28,024 bases of DNA from Tubiluchus corallicola (GCA_030141605.1 JAQGDQ010001720.1:1-28024), one strand, 5' to 3'. Counted from the stretch's first letter, positions 12,768 through 25,076 are shown. Made by a program: numbers and translations. Notes: generated by a model not told the origin, from the sequence alone.

Positions 12768-13434
12768 AACACTTTATTCCCTAGGAAGTATGTAATTTTA
12801 TCTTGCCTACGAATTTACATCTGAATCAAGTGCTTATTTTTGCTTCATTTGGCAAATACGAATAAACCTCTTATATATACAATTTAGCTTAGAACAAGGA
12901 CACGTCAATTTAACTCATTTTATTGCTTAAATATTTTGTACGTCTTTGTCTATTTGTACCCCCCCCCCAGTTTTGGCAAACGTGTAATTTTTCTCAAAGT
13001 TAAAACACGCGCATGCGCAGATGCAAACATCACAACTCTTATAACAACAAACACTTAATACGTATTAACGATTTTTGCTAAAATGACGGAGCTAAAATAA
13101 CAACGTTTTGCTGTTTGAGAGGTACCGGTGTAATTTACTCGAGAGATCCCATTACCGTCCCTTCCTACATCTCAGGTAGAAAGAGGCGCACCTGATTTTA
13201 GTCGTCTTCTTCCCACGCTGAGAGAATCTGCGATGGATTCGATTAACAAAATTGCACCTCTTGAGAGAAAAGAGCGGCCGCTCGCGGGTACCTCTTTTTC
13301 TAAAAGAGGGACAAATGCAAAGAGAGATGGTTCTTACAGCAGACACCTTTGTGTATAATGCAGGTTGATTTGTTGACCATGTTGTATTAATTAAACTTAG
13401 TTAGGTTTTAATTCGATTCAGTTTTATGCAACTG

Positions 13435-14620
13435 ATTCTTCGTGAATCGCGTGAGGTGCTACAATAATTTTCAGATAAGAATTTTATCATAAAGAATTCC
13501 GTAAATAAGAAGTCCGTTAAAAAACTAAAAAAGTGAAGTGATAGAAGAATAGAAAACACGCTTGGTGCTAATGGGTGCTACAGTAATTTTCAGGTAAGAA
13601 TTTTCTCTTAGAGAATTCCGTAAAGAAGAAGTCCGTTAAAAAACTGAAACAGTGGAGTGATAGAAGAATAGGAAAAATACTTTGTGCAAATGGGTCTTTG
13701 TACAGTAATGTAGTAAATTAGATAATCGTGACTTTGCGTCCTTGTCTTACAGTTTTATCATTAAAACGAAGATATGTTATATGAAAAAGTACATATTAAA
13801 GTACGCGAAAAGGCACAGAAACCTACTTTATTGTATATGCATTTCAGGGTCAGTAAAAGACTTAAAGGAGAAGAAAAGGGGTTCCTGAAGTAGGTTTCAG
13901 AAAAATGGCCTTAAAAATTATACTACTTCATTTAAAATTCATTTTCATTTAAAATTTCCCGCAATATTGTTCCGTCCGCGCCATTACGTGACGTCATATA
14001 CGCACAACGTAAATCAAGGGAAGAAAAGGCAATGTTAAATTATGTCCCAAAAAAATTCCGTGCAAATCTATATTACTTAGCATTTCGCTTACCTGCTAGA
14101 AATACTTATGTAACTAGAAATAATAATTTAAAATGTTTTCACCAATTGGTAAAATGTTGCTGACTCACCCTCCAGGGTGCACCACTCACTAACCAAAATA
14201 TATATATATTTAATCATATTGACAAGATACAGTAATTTTAAATTTTATTTAGTTAGTGACTTGTGCGCTACGAATGCTCTGATTATTTTTTTCAAACTTT
14301 ACAAAATGTTATCTAAACTTGTTTCAAATGACCTACCATCAAAATGGCTGCGTCTAACGGTCATCGCGGAAGTTCAAGTATATATGTTTTATACAGCGGT
14401 ACTACTGACGCAAGTCCTTTATGCAAAAAGGCAGTAAATAAGTGATATAAAATTTCAAGACGAATTATTTTAAGCTTTACGCAAGTGGAGGGTTTTCTTG
14501 TGCTTTAATGATGCTTACAAAATGCTGTCAGAACCGAGTTTAGGTTAGGTTAGGTTAGGTTAGGTTAAAATTTGCGTCTTCTGTTTTCAGTTCTTAATTA
14601 CAACAAGGTTGTAGTTACAA
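13435..14620 (+). mobile_element. Composite interspersed element A, copy 1 (two 119-bp units, unique insert, ~650 bp body, (TTAGG)5, terminal hairpin)
   Basis: Colinear with 25956-27379 and 17007-17392; hairpin TACAAC-AAG-GTTGTA near 14599-14613. Boundaries are approximate. Confidence 0.85.
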
Positions 14621-14663
14621 ATTATATAATTATTCACAAATGAGATACGAAGAATCATACTCT

Positions 14664-15543
14664 AGTCTGTTGAGCCGATTTGAGTCTGTTGAACACTTTT
14701 TGTTGCACTGCCCATTGTATCAACAAACTAGGGTTGTTATATTTGATAAATTAAATGAAATACTTCTGCCTGAAAACCTTAATATAGCTGCCTTAGGAAC
14801 TAATGATCTGTTGAAGTTGTTATTATTCGGTAAAGATGAATTTAACTATGTTGCTAACTGTAAAATATTCCAATGTATACATGACTTTATATTACGTACT
14901 AAACGCTTCCAGTAGTTTCTATCTGATATGAAATGCATCAGTCTTAAATATTCGTACATTAATATTTACTAACCGTCATTTTCTACTAATGTCTAATGTA
15001 ATCTTGTAGTAAAACTTGTCAGCTTGTGTAGTTATAGTCTATTCTTACTGTAAATGTTACTAATGTCTAATGTAATCTTGTAGTAAAACTTGTCAGCTTG
15101 TGTAGTTATAGTCTATTCTTACTGTAAATGTTACTAATGTCTAATGTAATCTTGTAGTAAAACTTGTCAGCTTGTGTAGTTATAGTCTATTCTTACTGTA
15201 AATGTTACTAATGTCTAATGTAATCTTGTAGTAAAACTTGTCAGCTTGTGTAGTTATAGCCTATTCTTACTGTAAATGTTACTAATGTCTAATGTAGTCT
15301 TATAGTAAAACTTGTCAGCTTGTGTAGTTATAGTCTCTTCTTACTGTAAATGTTACTAATGTCTAATGTATCACTGTAGTAAAACTTTAGTATACTAAAG
15401 TACACTAAAAACTAAGTATAGTCTATACTTACTGTAAATGTTCTTGTAAATAGTGTATAAAGTCTGTTGTGGTGAGGATCCTAAATCATGTTGTACAAAC
15501 TGTCTGATCCAATCCTAAATAAATTATGTTTAAACTAAACTAA
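14664..15543 (+). mobile_element. 5'-truncated CR1-group LINE: ORF2 C-terminus, 3' UTR and tail
   Basis: ESVEHFLLHCPLY...LLLFG...N.KIF..I.DFI..TKRF (stop at 14913-14915) is the typical CR1-type ORF2 end; element closes with AAATAAATTATGTTTAAACTAAACTAA. Confidence 0.88.
14984..15387. repeat. 74-bp tandem repeat (about 5.4 units) inside the LINE 3' UTR
   Basis: Unit starts at 14984, 15058, 15132, 15206, 15280 and 15354; units nearly identical. Confidence 0.97.
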
Positions 15544-16396
15544 TAATATTCTATTACGTAATCGTACTGTAGTGTAATTTAAAGCAAAATTGCAAATGCA
15601 TCCACAATACTATGTGAGAATAATATACTTTATGGAGCAAAAACTAATTGATTGATTGATTAATTGTTAATTTATTGATTGATAATTGATGATTGATGAT
15701 TGACGAAGTTTATTGATAATTTTTACACAAACGAATAAAAAAATTCCATGTTTTGTATGGAAATTTTTTTAAATGTATCTAAAAGGCGTTAGCTTGATTA
15801 GATCTGTTCTTAATTAGATCTGAAACTGTAATAAAACCAGTTAAAGTTGCATAATATAAACTACTCCAAACAGAAATTAATTTATTTAATTAATTAATTT
15901 ATTAAAAACTGGAAAAACGGAAAATGGGGGGAGGGGGAATGATAAATTAAATGTCAAAAATTTGTAAAAAACAAAAATAATAACTTACACCTTTATGTAT
16001 GTCATATACATGTATCTTTATGTATGACCTTTATACAAAATATATGTATAATTTGACCTTTATACATATATTAAAATTGTATAAAAGAAGAATCACGACG
16101 CGCATGCGCACTGCTGTATCGTCCATCATTATTCCCCGTGTTTAGTATTGAATAGAACCCATTTTAGTGCATATTTTTCGGTTAGCTGTTTTTGTTCAAA
16201 ATTGATTATAATTACATTTTAGTCGACCATTCTTTTTATCTTTGGACATTTCCGGAAATGACGTCATATTATCTGATTGATATTTAGTTCATCATACGGG
16301 TAATTAATGTGCGTTCAGTGCTGTACGTCACGTAACGTATTTACCATATAATGATAGCGACAAAGCGTAAATACACATTTCGTCGTTTTCTGGAAA

Positions 16397-16743
16397 GCGA
16401 CATCTATGGTTTGGTTAAGAAATTTTTGGAAAGTACTGCACCTTAATTTGAAAAAGCAACAATACGACAACACTTCATTAGATTGGAAAATCCATTTTTA
16501 TGTTTTTAATAAATCCTATCAAAAATAAATTATGCAGAAATTGTAACGATATATTTTCAGCCTAGAAGTCAAATAACGCATGGCGACATCTATTGTTCGA
16601 TTTAGGAATTATTCTAAAATGTTGCATCTTAATTAGAAAAGTAACAATATGTCAACAGCCCGTTAGACCGAAACTCCATTTTTATGTTTTTAATAATTCC
16701 TATCGAAAGTAAGTTATGCAGAAATTGTAAAGACTTATTTTCA
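16397..16743. repeat. Diverged tandem duplication, period 186 bp
   Basis: GCGACATCTAT...TTATGCAGAAATTGTAA...ATTTTCA starting at 16397 and 16583. Confidence 0.9.
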
Positions 16744-17006
16744 TTGTGCATTTCACTTTGAAAATTGTTAACTAATATTTTAATTTTTTCTGTTTTTCTT
16801 TTCTCTTATTTACTGTTTCTTCGGGTAAAAATGTTTGATTATAAAAAAAATCACGAGTTTCCATGCGGTTCGGTCACGTAAAACACAAAATCCTCAAGAT
16901 GCTGAATTTAAACTGAGTCTTCCTTCAAAATTCTTCGTGCGTCTTATGTATCTAAAAATGTTAATGAGCTAAAATGACGTGAGCTGATTGTTTATGTTAT
17001 ATATAT

Positions 17007-17392
17007 ATTTTAAATTTTATTTAGATAGTGACTTGTGCACTACGAATGCTCTGATTATTTTTTCAAACTTTACTCAGTGTTATTTAAACTTGTTTCAAAT
17101 TGCTTATCTTCAAAATGGCTGCGTCTAATGGTCATCACGGGAGTTTAAGTTTACACGTTTTATACAGCGTTACTGCAGACGCGAGCCCTGTATGCAAAAA
17201 GGCAGTAAATAAGTGATATAAAATTTCAACACGAATTATTTAAAGCTTTACGTAAGTGGAGGGTTTTCTTGTGCTTTAATGCTGCTTACAAAATGCTCTT
17301 AGAATAGAATAGAATAGAATAGAATAGAATAGAATAGAATAGAATAGAATACAGTTAATGGCAGTTTAGGCTAAAATTTGCCTCTTCTGTTT
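17007..17392 (+). mobile_element. Element A, copy 3 (3' part only) containing (AGAAT)10 at 17301-17350
   Basis: Aligns to about 14235-14585 (ACTTGTGC..TACGAATGCTCTGATTATTTTTTCAAACTT..AAAATGGCTGCG..AAAATTTGC.TCTTCTGTTT). Confidence 0.88.
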
Positions 17393-17479
17393 GTATATAT
17401 ATATATATATATACATACAGTTAACTAATATATATATATATATTATATATATATATACATATTTATTCATTTATTAAAT

Positions 17480-17590
17480 GTATTTATAAAATAGTAGGCC
17501 TTAATGCTGTAGAGAATTCAAAGTAAAGCTCAAACTAAAATTGGATTTTTTAATTGACGTCCATATTTTGAAAATCTTACTTCATATATA

Positions 17591-17630
<40 letters not shown>

Positions 17631-17804
17631 TTTATATATATACAGTTAACTAATATATATATATATATATATATTAACTTATATATAAAGTAAAGATTTT
17701 AAAAATATTAGCGTAAATTAATAAATCAAATTTTATATAAAGCTTTACGTTGAATTCTCTACAGCATTAAGGTCTACTATTTTATAAATACGTCGCTTAA
17801 CAAC
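17480..17804 (+). mobile_element. Foldback/MITE-like element B, copy 1, with long imperfect inverted arms and a (TA)n core
   Basis: GTATTTATAAAATAGTAGGCCTTAATGCTGTAGAGAATTCAAAGTAAAGCT pairs with AGCTTTACGTTGAATTCTCTACAGCATTAAGGTCTACTATTTTATAAATAC; second copy at 27744-28003. Confidence 0.88.
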
Positions 17805-18167
17805 AAGAAAACTAAATTATCTAAGATTGTCTATAAAATTATTGCATAGTTGGCAAAATCTCTGTGATCACTGTATCCACGATTTCATCACACTGTGATA
17901 CGTACATAGGCAACGAAACTGACCAATGTCCCTCCTGTAGTCTCCCGTGTACAAGTTTCCCTTTGCAAATTAAACGTAGCAGTCGTACAGTCTGCATTGT
18001 GTGTTTGCAATAGATATAATAGACGTTACGTAATCAACTAATCATACACGTATAGCTCACAGAATGATTAATTATCTTAATTAGGCAAGTATTAATTAGT
18101 TTAACAGGCCGTAGCTTGTTGTTGCTCCGTTGCACGCATGCGCGGATCGGAAAGCTGACGACACAAA

Positions 18168-18573
<406 letters not shown>

Positions 18574-18603
18574 CACTTAATTTAATTAACTTTAATTAGT
18601 ACG

Positions 18604-18635
18604 TTTTCTATGTTACGTTTTGTTTTGCTTCACAG
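18604..18635 (+). other. 3' splice acceptor of the Fezf coding exon
   Basis: T-rich tract then TTCACAG|GT; branch-point-like TTAAC at 18586-18590. An in-frame TAG at 18597 rules out an unspliced upstream start. Confidence 0.8.
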
Positions 18636-18659
18636 GTGGCAGCACAAGACGTGTGTAAA

Positions 18660-20294
18660 ATGATTTTTGAGATGGCTAACAGACAGAACAACAAGGTACA
18701 CACTACAACAGGCGAGTCACCAGAGCCTAAGAGTCCAGCAGCGCCATCTGCAGAAGCGACTGTTGCGCCACCTAAAAACAACAACCTGGCGTTTTCCATA
18801 GCTCGCATCATGGAACCATCAACTCCTAGGAAAGTGCAACAGTCTCCATCTGTTGGCAATATTGTCAATGACTTTAAGAAAAAGTTATCTTCGCCTACGT
18901 TGCTAACAGGATACAACGCTGTTAGCCAAGTGATTCCATCAGCTGGGTATGGATTGACTATGTCTGGAAGCCCGCCCAATAGTTTCAGAGCACCCTTGCC
19001 GCGTAATACGTCAGAGCTGCTGCTCGATTCGTGCAATGGAGTCAACTTGGCAAACTGTTTGAACTCAGTGTCCCCACCTAGCGTTCATTCTCTGCATTAT
19101 CAGACGCAGTTGGACGCTTTAACCGAACAGCAAAGGCAGCGAGATTTGTTGTTGAGTTCGTACGAGACGACAATGAAGAAATACGTCAATCAAACTAGTC
19201 ACTTCAACCCGAACCAGCTACTTCCGGAACCTCTACAAACCGGAACTCAACTGAGGATTCCCGATTTGAGAACTTACGAAATTTTGCGACAATTTCCCTC
19301 CCTCTATCATCAACCCAATTTATTATCCAAAGAATACTACAGCAGCATGTTGTATTTCAACAAGCAAGAGTCAGCAAAGCTGTCGTCTCATTTGCACGGC
19401 AATAGATTACCTGTCCAGATTTCGCCGCGGGTGCTGCGTCCGTCTGTCCCCACGTCATGTACGACAAGCAACGCTTCTTCGCGACCTGTCATCTCGAAAG
19501 CAGAAAAACATTTATCTAAACCAACCCCCGATTCGTCCACTGCTGACGTGGACACGACGGCGGGTAGTAGGAAAATCGGAAACAAACAGAAGACGTTCAC
19601 CTGCCCGGAATGCGGGAAAGTTTTCAATGCTCATTACAACCTCACCAGGCACATGCCCGTTCACACGGGCGCCAGACCGTTCATATGCAAGATCTGCGGC
19701 AAAGGTTTCCGTCAAGCGTCCACACTGTGCAGGCACAAAATCATTCACACGCAAGAAAAACCGCACAAGTGTCAGACGTGCGGCAAAGCGTTCAACCGCA
19801 GCTCCACCCTCAACACGCACGTGCGCATACACGCCGGTTACAAACCGTTTCGGTGTGAGTATTGTGGCAAGGGGTTTCACCAGAAGGGAAACTACAAGAA
19901 TCACAAGCTCACCCATTCGGGTGAGAAACAGTACAAGTGTAACATTTGCAACAAGGCGTTCCATCAGATATACAATCTAACGTTTCATATGCACACACAC
20001 AATGATAAAAAACCCTTCATGTGTTCCATCTGTGGAAAAGGTTTCTGTAGAAACTTCGACTTAAAAAAACACATGAGAAAACTCCACGACAGCCTGAGTC
20101 CAATCACCTCGGCTGCTGCACATCACGTGACCGGTCACCATCTTCCCATGACGTCACTGTCGCCGCTGTCGTCGGTGCCACCGTCGGCGCCCGTGCATTT
20201 TCCCGCGCTCGTTAATCAGTTTATGATATCTCCCACGGCACTAGGTACCCAACTGGCACCCCATTTTCTTCCAAAGATGCATTCGTTAATGTGA
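18660..20294 (+). CDS. Fezf: Fez family zinc-finger transcription factor (Fezf / earmuff orthologue), 544 aa from the first ATG; alternative start at 18672
   Basis: eh1 Groucho-binding motif LAFSIARIM (18786-18812) and six tandem C2H2 fingers (19596-20087) with diagnostic Fezf sequences [83 protein letters not shown]. The ORF track's GTG start at 18636 is just the exon boundary. Confidence 0.97.
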   Translation: MIFEMANRQNNKVHTTTGESPEPKSPAAPSAEATVAPPKNNNLAFSIARIMEPSTPRKVQQSPSVGNIVNDFKKKLSSPTLLTGYNAVSQVIPSAGYGLTMSGSPPNSFRAPLPRNTSELLLDSCNGVNLANCLNSVSPPSVHSLHYQTQLDALTEQQRQRDLLLSSYETTMKKYVNQTSHFNPNQLLPEPLQTGTQLRIPDLRTYEILRQFPSLYHQPNLLSKEYYSSMLYFNKQESAKLSSHLHGNRLPVQISPRVLRPSVPTSCTTSNASSRPVISKAEKHLSKPTPDSSTADVDTTAGSRKIGNKQKTFTCPECGKVFNAHYNLTRHMPVHTGARPFICKICGKGFRQASTLCRHKIIHTQEKPHKCQTCGKAFNRSSTLNTHVRIHAGYKPFRCEYCGKGFHQKGNYKNHKLTHSGEKQYKCNICNKAFHQIYNLTFHMHTHNDKKPFMCSICGKGFCRNFDLKKHMRKLHDSLSPITSAAAHHVTGHHLPMTSLSPLSSVPPSAPVHFPALVNQFMISPTALGTQLAPHFLPKMHSLM

Positions 20295-20475
20295 GTAGTG
20301 TTAATGTGTTCACGTTAATGAGTAATTATGAACTTGTGATAAATTCATTAACACGTTTGTAAAATGAAATTGTGTTGAGCTTAATTGAAATAATTTTAAT
20401 CTAATCTTTGTATCATAAAGTTTGTTTGATTGAATGTAGCTATTTTTGTGTTATTCTGTGTGTTAATTTTCAACA

Positions 20476-20481
20476 AATAAA
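20476..20481 (+). terminator. Probable poly(A) signal AATAAA of Fezf
   Basis: First canonical hexamer after the stop, following an AT-rich 3' UTR of about 180 nt. Confidence 0.6.
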
Positions 20482-22650
20482 CTATTATTTAACCAATTTA
20501 AACCACGTTTAATCTATTACATTGTTTAAATTATTGTTTAACCAAATTAGACCGCGTTTAACGTATTACATTGTTTAAACCAAAACCAAAAAACCCAAAA
20601 CAGTTTAAACATTATTTAACATAAACCCTTTAATTATTACTTTTAAACATTATTTAACCAAATTAAACCGCGTTTAATCTATTACATTGTTTAAACTATT
20701 ATTTAACCAAATTAAACCGCGTTTAATATATTACATTGTTTAAACCATTATTTAACCAAATTAAACCGCGTTTAATCTATTACATTGTTTAAACTATTAT
20801 TTAACCAAATTAAACCGCGTTTAACGTATTACATTGTTTAAACCATTATTTAACCAAATTAAACCGCGTTTAATCTATTACATTGTTTAAACTATTATTT
20901 AACCAAATTAAACCGCGTTTAATCTATTACATTGTTTAAACTATTATTTAACCAAATTAAACCGCGTTTAATATATTACATTGTTTAAACTATTATTTAA
21001 CCAAATTAAACCGCGTTTAATCTATTACATTGTTTAAACGATTATTTAACCAAATTAAACCGCGTTTAATCTATTACATTGTTTAAACTATTATTTAACC
21101 AAATTAAACCGCGTTTAATCTATTACATTGTTTAAACTATTATTTAACCAAATTAAACCGCGTTTAATATATTACATTGTTTAAACATTATTTAACCAAA
21201 TTAAACCGCGTTTAATTATTACATTGTTTAAACATTATTTAACCAAATTAAACCGCGTTTAATTATTACATTTTTAAACATTATTTAACCAAATTAAACC
21301 CGTTTAATATTACATTGTTAAACATTATTTAACCAAATTAACCCGTTTAATATTACATTGTTTAAACATTATTTAACCAAAAAACCAATATTACATTGTT
21401 TAAACATTATTTAACCAAATTAAACCCGTTTAATCTATTACATTGTTTAAACATTATTTAACCAAATTAAACCGCGTTTAATCTATTACATTGTTTAAAC
21501 ATTATTTAACCAAATTAAACCCGTTTAATCTATTACATTGTTTAAACTATTATTTAACCAAATTAAACCGCGTTTAATCTATTACATTGTTTAAACGATT
21601 ATTTAACCAAATTAAACCGCGTTTAATCTATTACATTGTTTAAACTATTATTTAACCAAATTAAACCGCGTTTAATCTATTACATTGTTTAAACGATTAT
21701 TTAACCAAATTAAACCGCGTTTAATCTATTACATTGTTTAAACTATTATTTAACCAAATTAAACCGCGTTTAATATATTACATTGTTTAAACCATTATTT
21801 AACCAAATTAAACCGCGTTTAATCTATTACATTGTTTAAACTATTATTTAACCAAATTAAACCGCGTTTAATCTATTACATTGTTTAAACTATTATTTAA
21901 CCAAATTAAACCGCGTTTAATATATTACATTGTTTAAACTATTATTTAACCAAATTAAACCGCGTTTAATCTATTACATTGTTTAAACGATTATTTAACC
22001 AAATTAAACCGCGTTTAATATATTACATTGTTTAAACCATTATTTAACCAAATTAAACCACGTTTAATCTATTACATTGTTTAAACGATTATTTAACCAA
22101 ATTAAACCGCGTTTAATATATTACATTGTTTAAACCATTATTTAACCAAATTAAACCACGTTTAATCTATTACATTGTTTAAACCATTATTTAACCAAAT
22201 TAAATTGCGTTTAACGTATTACATTGTTTAAACGATTATTTAACCAAATTAAACCGCGTTTAATCTATTACATTGTTTAAACGATTATTTAACCAAATTA
22301 AACCGCGTTTAATATATTACATTGTTTAAACCATTATTTAACCAAATTAAACCGCGTTTAATCTATTACATTGTTTAAACGATTATTTAACCAAATTAAA
22401 CCGCGTTTAATATATTACATTGTTTAAACCATTATTTAACCAAATTAAACCACGTTTAATCTATTACATTGTTTAAACTAAACAATGTTTAATCTATTAC
22501 ATTGTTTAAGCCTTTATTTGATCAAAGTAGACCGCGTTTAACGTATTACGTTGTTTAAACTATTATTTAACTAAATTAAGCTGCGTTTGACCTATCGCAT
22601 TGTTTAAACTATTGTTTAGCCAGACTAAACAATGTTTAATCTATTACATT
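20479..22650. repeat. 49-bp tandem satellite, about 44 units
   Basis: Unit CATTGTTTAAACTATTATTTAACCAAATTAAACCGCGTTTAATCTATTA (20881, 20930 and onward). Confidence 0.98.
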
Positions 22651-22904
22651 GTCACGTAAACAATGCGTTCGTAGAATATGAAGTTTACTTGTGACGTCAC
22701 GTAAACAATGCGTTCGTAGAATATGAAGTTTACTTGTGACGTCACGTAAACAATGCGTTCGTAGAATACGAAGTTTACTTGTGACGTCACGTAAACAATG
22801 CGTTCGTAGAATACGAAGTTTACTTGTGACGTCACGTAAACAATGCTTTCGTAGAATACGAAGTTTACTTGTGACGTCACGTAAACAATGCCTTCGTAGA
22901 ATAT
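22651..22904. repeat. 45-bp tandem repeat of self-complementary units, about 5.6 copies
   Basis: GTCACGTAAACAATGCGTTCGTAGAATACGAAGTTTACTTGTGAC at 22651, 22696, 22741, 22786, 22831 and 22876. Confidence 0.98.
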
Positions 22905-23349
22905 CTTTCTACGTATCTATTGAAATAAATCTACAACAGCATGGACATTTCGGCAGTATCGTTTGTCACTTTCAAACTATAATAGGGCAGATTTTTTTTC
23001 ACTATTCAGTAAAATATACTATTTTAGCTGTTTGTTTGTTTACAAATAAATCTTTAATAACAATTAGCAGTCAATGTTGTAGATAATTGAGATTTGATTG
23101 GTTCTTAAACATGAAAATCATAATATTATTAAAATGAATTCAGACATGTGTGCGTCTTGACCAACACCCCCCCCCCCCACCCCCCGCACCACACAAACGC
23201 TGCAAAGTAATGCGAAAATGTACCATGAGGAGTGGTACTGAACAGTGAAGGAGGCGTGGTATCCTGTCGAGTCATACACAATTTGTTTTTATGAAATGGA
23301 CATAGTTTGTACTGGCGATTATTGTTTATTTACTGTTCACAAAGAATAT

Positions 23350-23885
23350 TTTACTCTGCTTTTTATATTTAAATACATTAACAACATCAGCAAACCATTC
23401 CAGAATAACAGATTTACCTTTTCTCCAAATCCTATCGTTAATTCCAGAACAAGCAATCTAAAACAAATTAAGACAAATACCCACTATTGAACGAACTCTG
23501 TAATCAAACAAGCAATTCTACTTTGGAATTCTCTATCATTACAGGTTAAACAAATCAAGTCCCTATCAGCATTTAAAACAAAATTAAAATCACTAATATT
23601 AACCAGATATGAAATACCATCACACCAGTACGACAACATACACACTAATTCAGAATTCATATATCCACGGCCATATTAATTAAATCATAATTTTTCCATT
23701 TTTTTGTGCATAGTTGTAAATACGTTTGATTTTATTCGTCGTTACTTTCCATTACTGCACAGTAGTTTAGATTGCACTGACGCATTTGCCTTTAGCAGTG
23801 TAAGTTTTTATTAACTAACACTGATTGATCATCTCTGTAAAGTTTTTATCAGTGATTATCAATGTATTTTAATGACAAATAAAGA

Positions 23886-23889
<4 letters not shown>
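23350..23889 (+). mobile_element. 5'-truncated L2/Crack/Daphne-group LINE 3' end
   Basis: Reading through the TGA at 23488 gives FIFKYINN...KTNTHY*TNSVIKQAILLWNSLSLQVKQIKSLSAFKTKLKSLIL (WNSL...IKS...FK.KLK motif). Stop at 23677, UTR stem TTGCACTG..CAGTGTAA, AATAAA at 23878, then simple-repeat tail. Confidence 0.8.
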
Positions 23890-24240
<351 letters not shown>

Positions 24241-24608
24241 TTCTAATCTTAATTTACACAGATCTAGTAATTGCTTCAATTCTTCTTGTCTATCGTATCC
24301 ACTCACGTAAAATAGCTTCATATATTCACCCGGATCGTAATTAATTTGCGTCGCGCTTACTTTTTCTTTGCTTATTTCTCTTTGTTCTTTTCCTCGCCGC
24401 TTAGTGCTCGTGTTACATCTAAAGAAAACAAGAGCCGCTTACTTGTTTGCTTGCTTGTTTTCTTGCTTGAGTGGAGAGATAAGATAACAGAGTCAAGTAG
24501 TTGTTCTCTGCTGTATCTGAATTGCTGATGTCAATCGATAAACTGGCTGAAATAATTAGGCGCAAAGAGCCAACAGTTTGTGTGAAATTGTCCAATTATT
24601 TGAGACGG

Positions 24609-24666
24609 CAAAGAGCTCCACTCTTGCACGGCTGCAGCAAAGAGCTCCACTCTTGTACGGCTACAG
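24609..24666. repeat. Tandem duplication of GCAAAGAGCTCCACTCTTGYACGGCTRCA (about 29 bp)
   Basis: Two adjacent near-identical copies. Confidence 0.9.
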
Positions 24667-24873
24667 GAAACACGGAGCTTGAAAAAAGCAAAACTTTAAG
24701 CAGTTTTTAAGCTGTTTGTATAAACACGATTAGTGAGTTTTGTTTACATGGAGCTGATATACAGCAGTAAAAATCTTGGATCTAATTACAGCAGTTCGTT
24801 CAGTACATAACACCATAAATCAAAACCAGACCCAATCTTAAGCTGTAGGTCAATACAATCTACTATTTAAAAT

Positions 24874-25008
24874 ACAACAACAACAACAGCAGCAACAACA
24901 ACAGCAACAACAACAACACAGTATCAACAACAACAGCATCAACAACAACAACAGCATCATCATCATCAACAACAACAACAACACAGTATCAACAACAGCA
25001 TCAACATG

Positions 25009-25076
<68 letters not shown>

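Noticed and set aside
14540-14564. (TTAGG)5 as a telomere or as evidence of an arthropod host
   Set aside because: Only five units, embedded in an interspersed element whose other copy has one unit.
19855-19926. GTGAGT and GTGAGA donor-like motifs inside the finger array
   Set aside because: The reading frame continues through intact conserved fingers, so no intron is needed.
18608-19980. Antisense and alternate-frame ORFs overlapping Fezf
   Set aside because: Expected shadows of a GC-richer coding exon.
22644-23086. Repetitive 15-aa peptide ORFs
   Set aside because: A consequence of the 45-bp period being a multiple of three.
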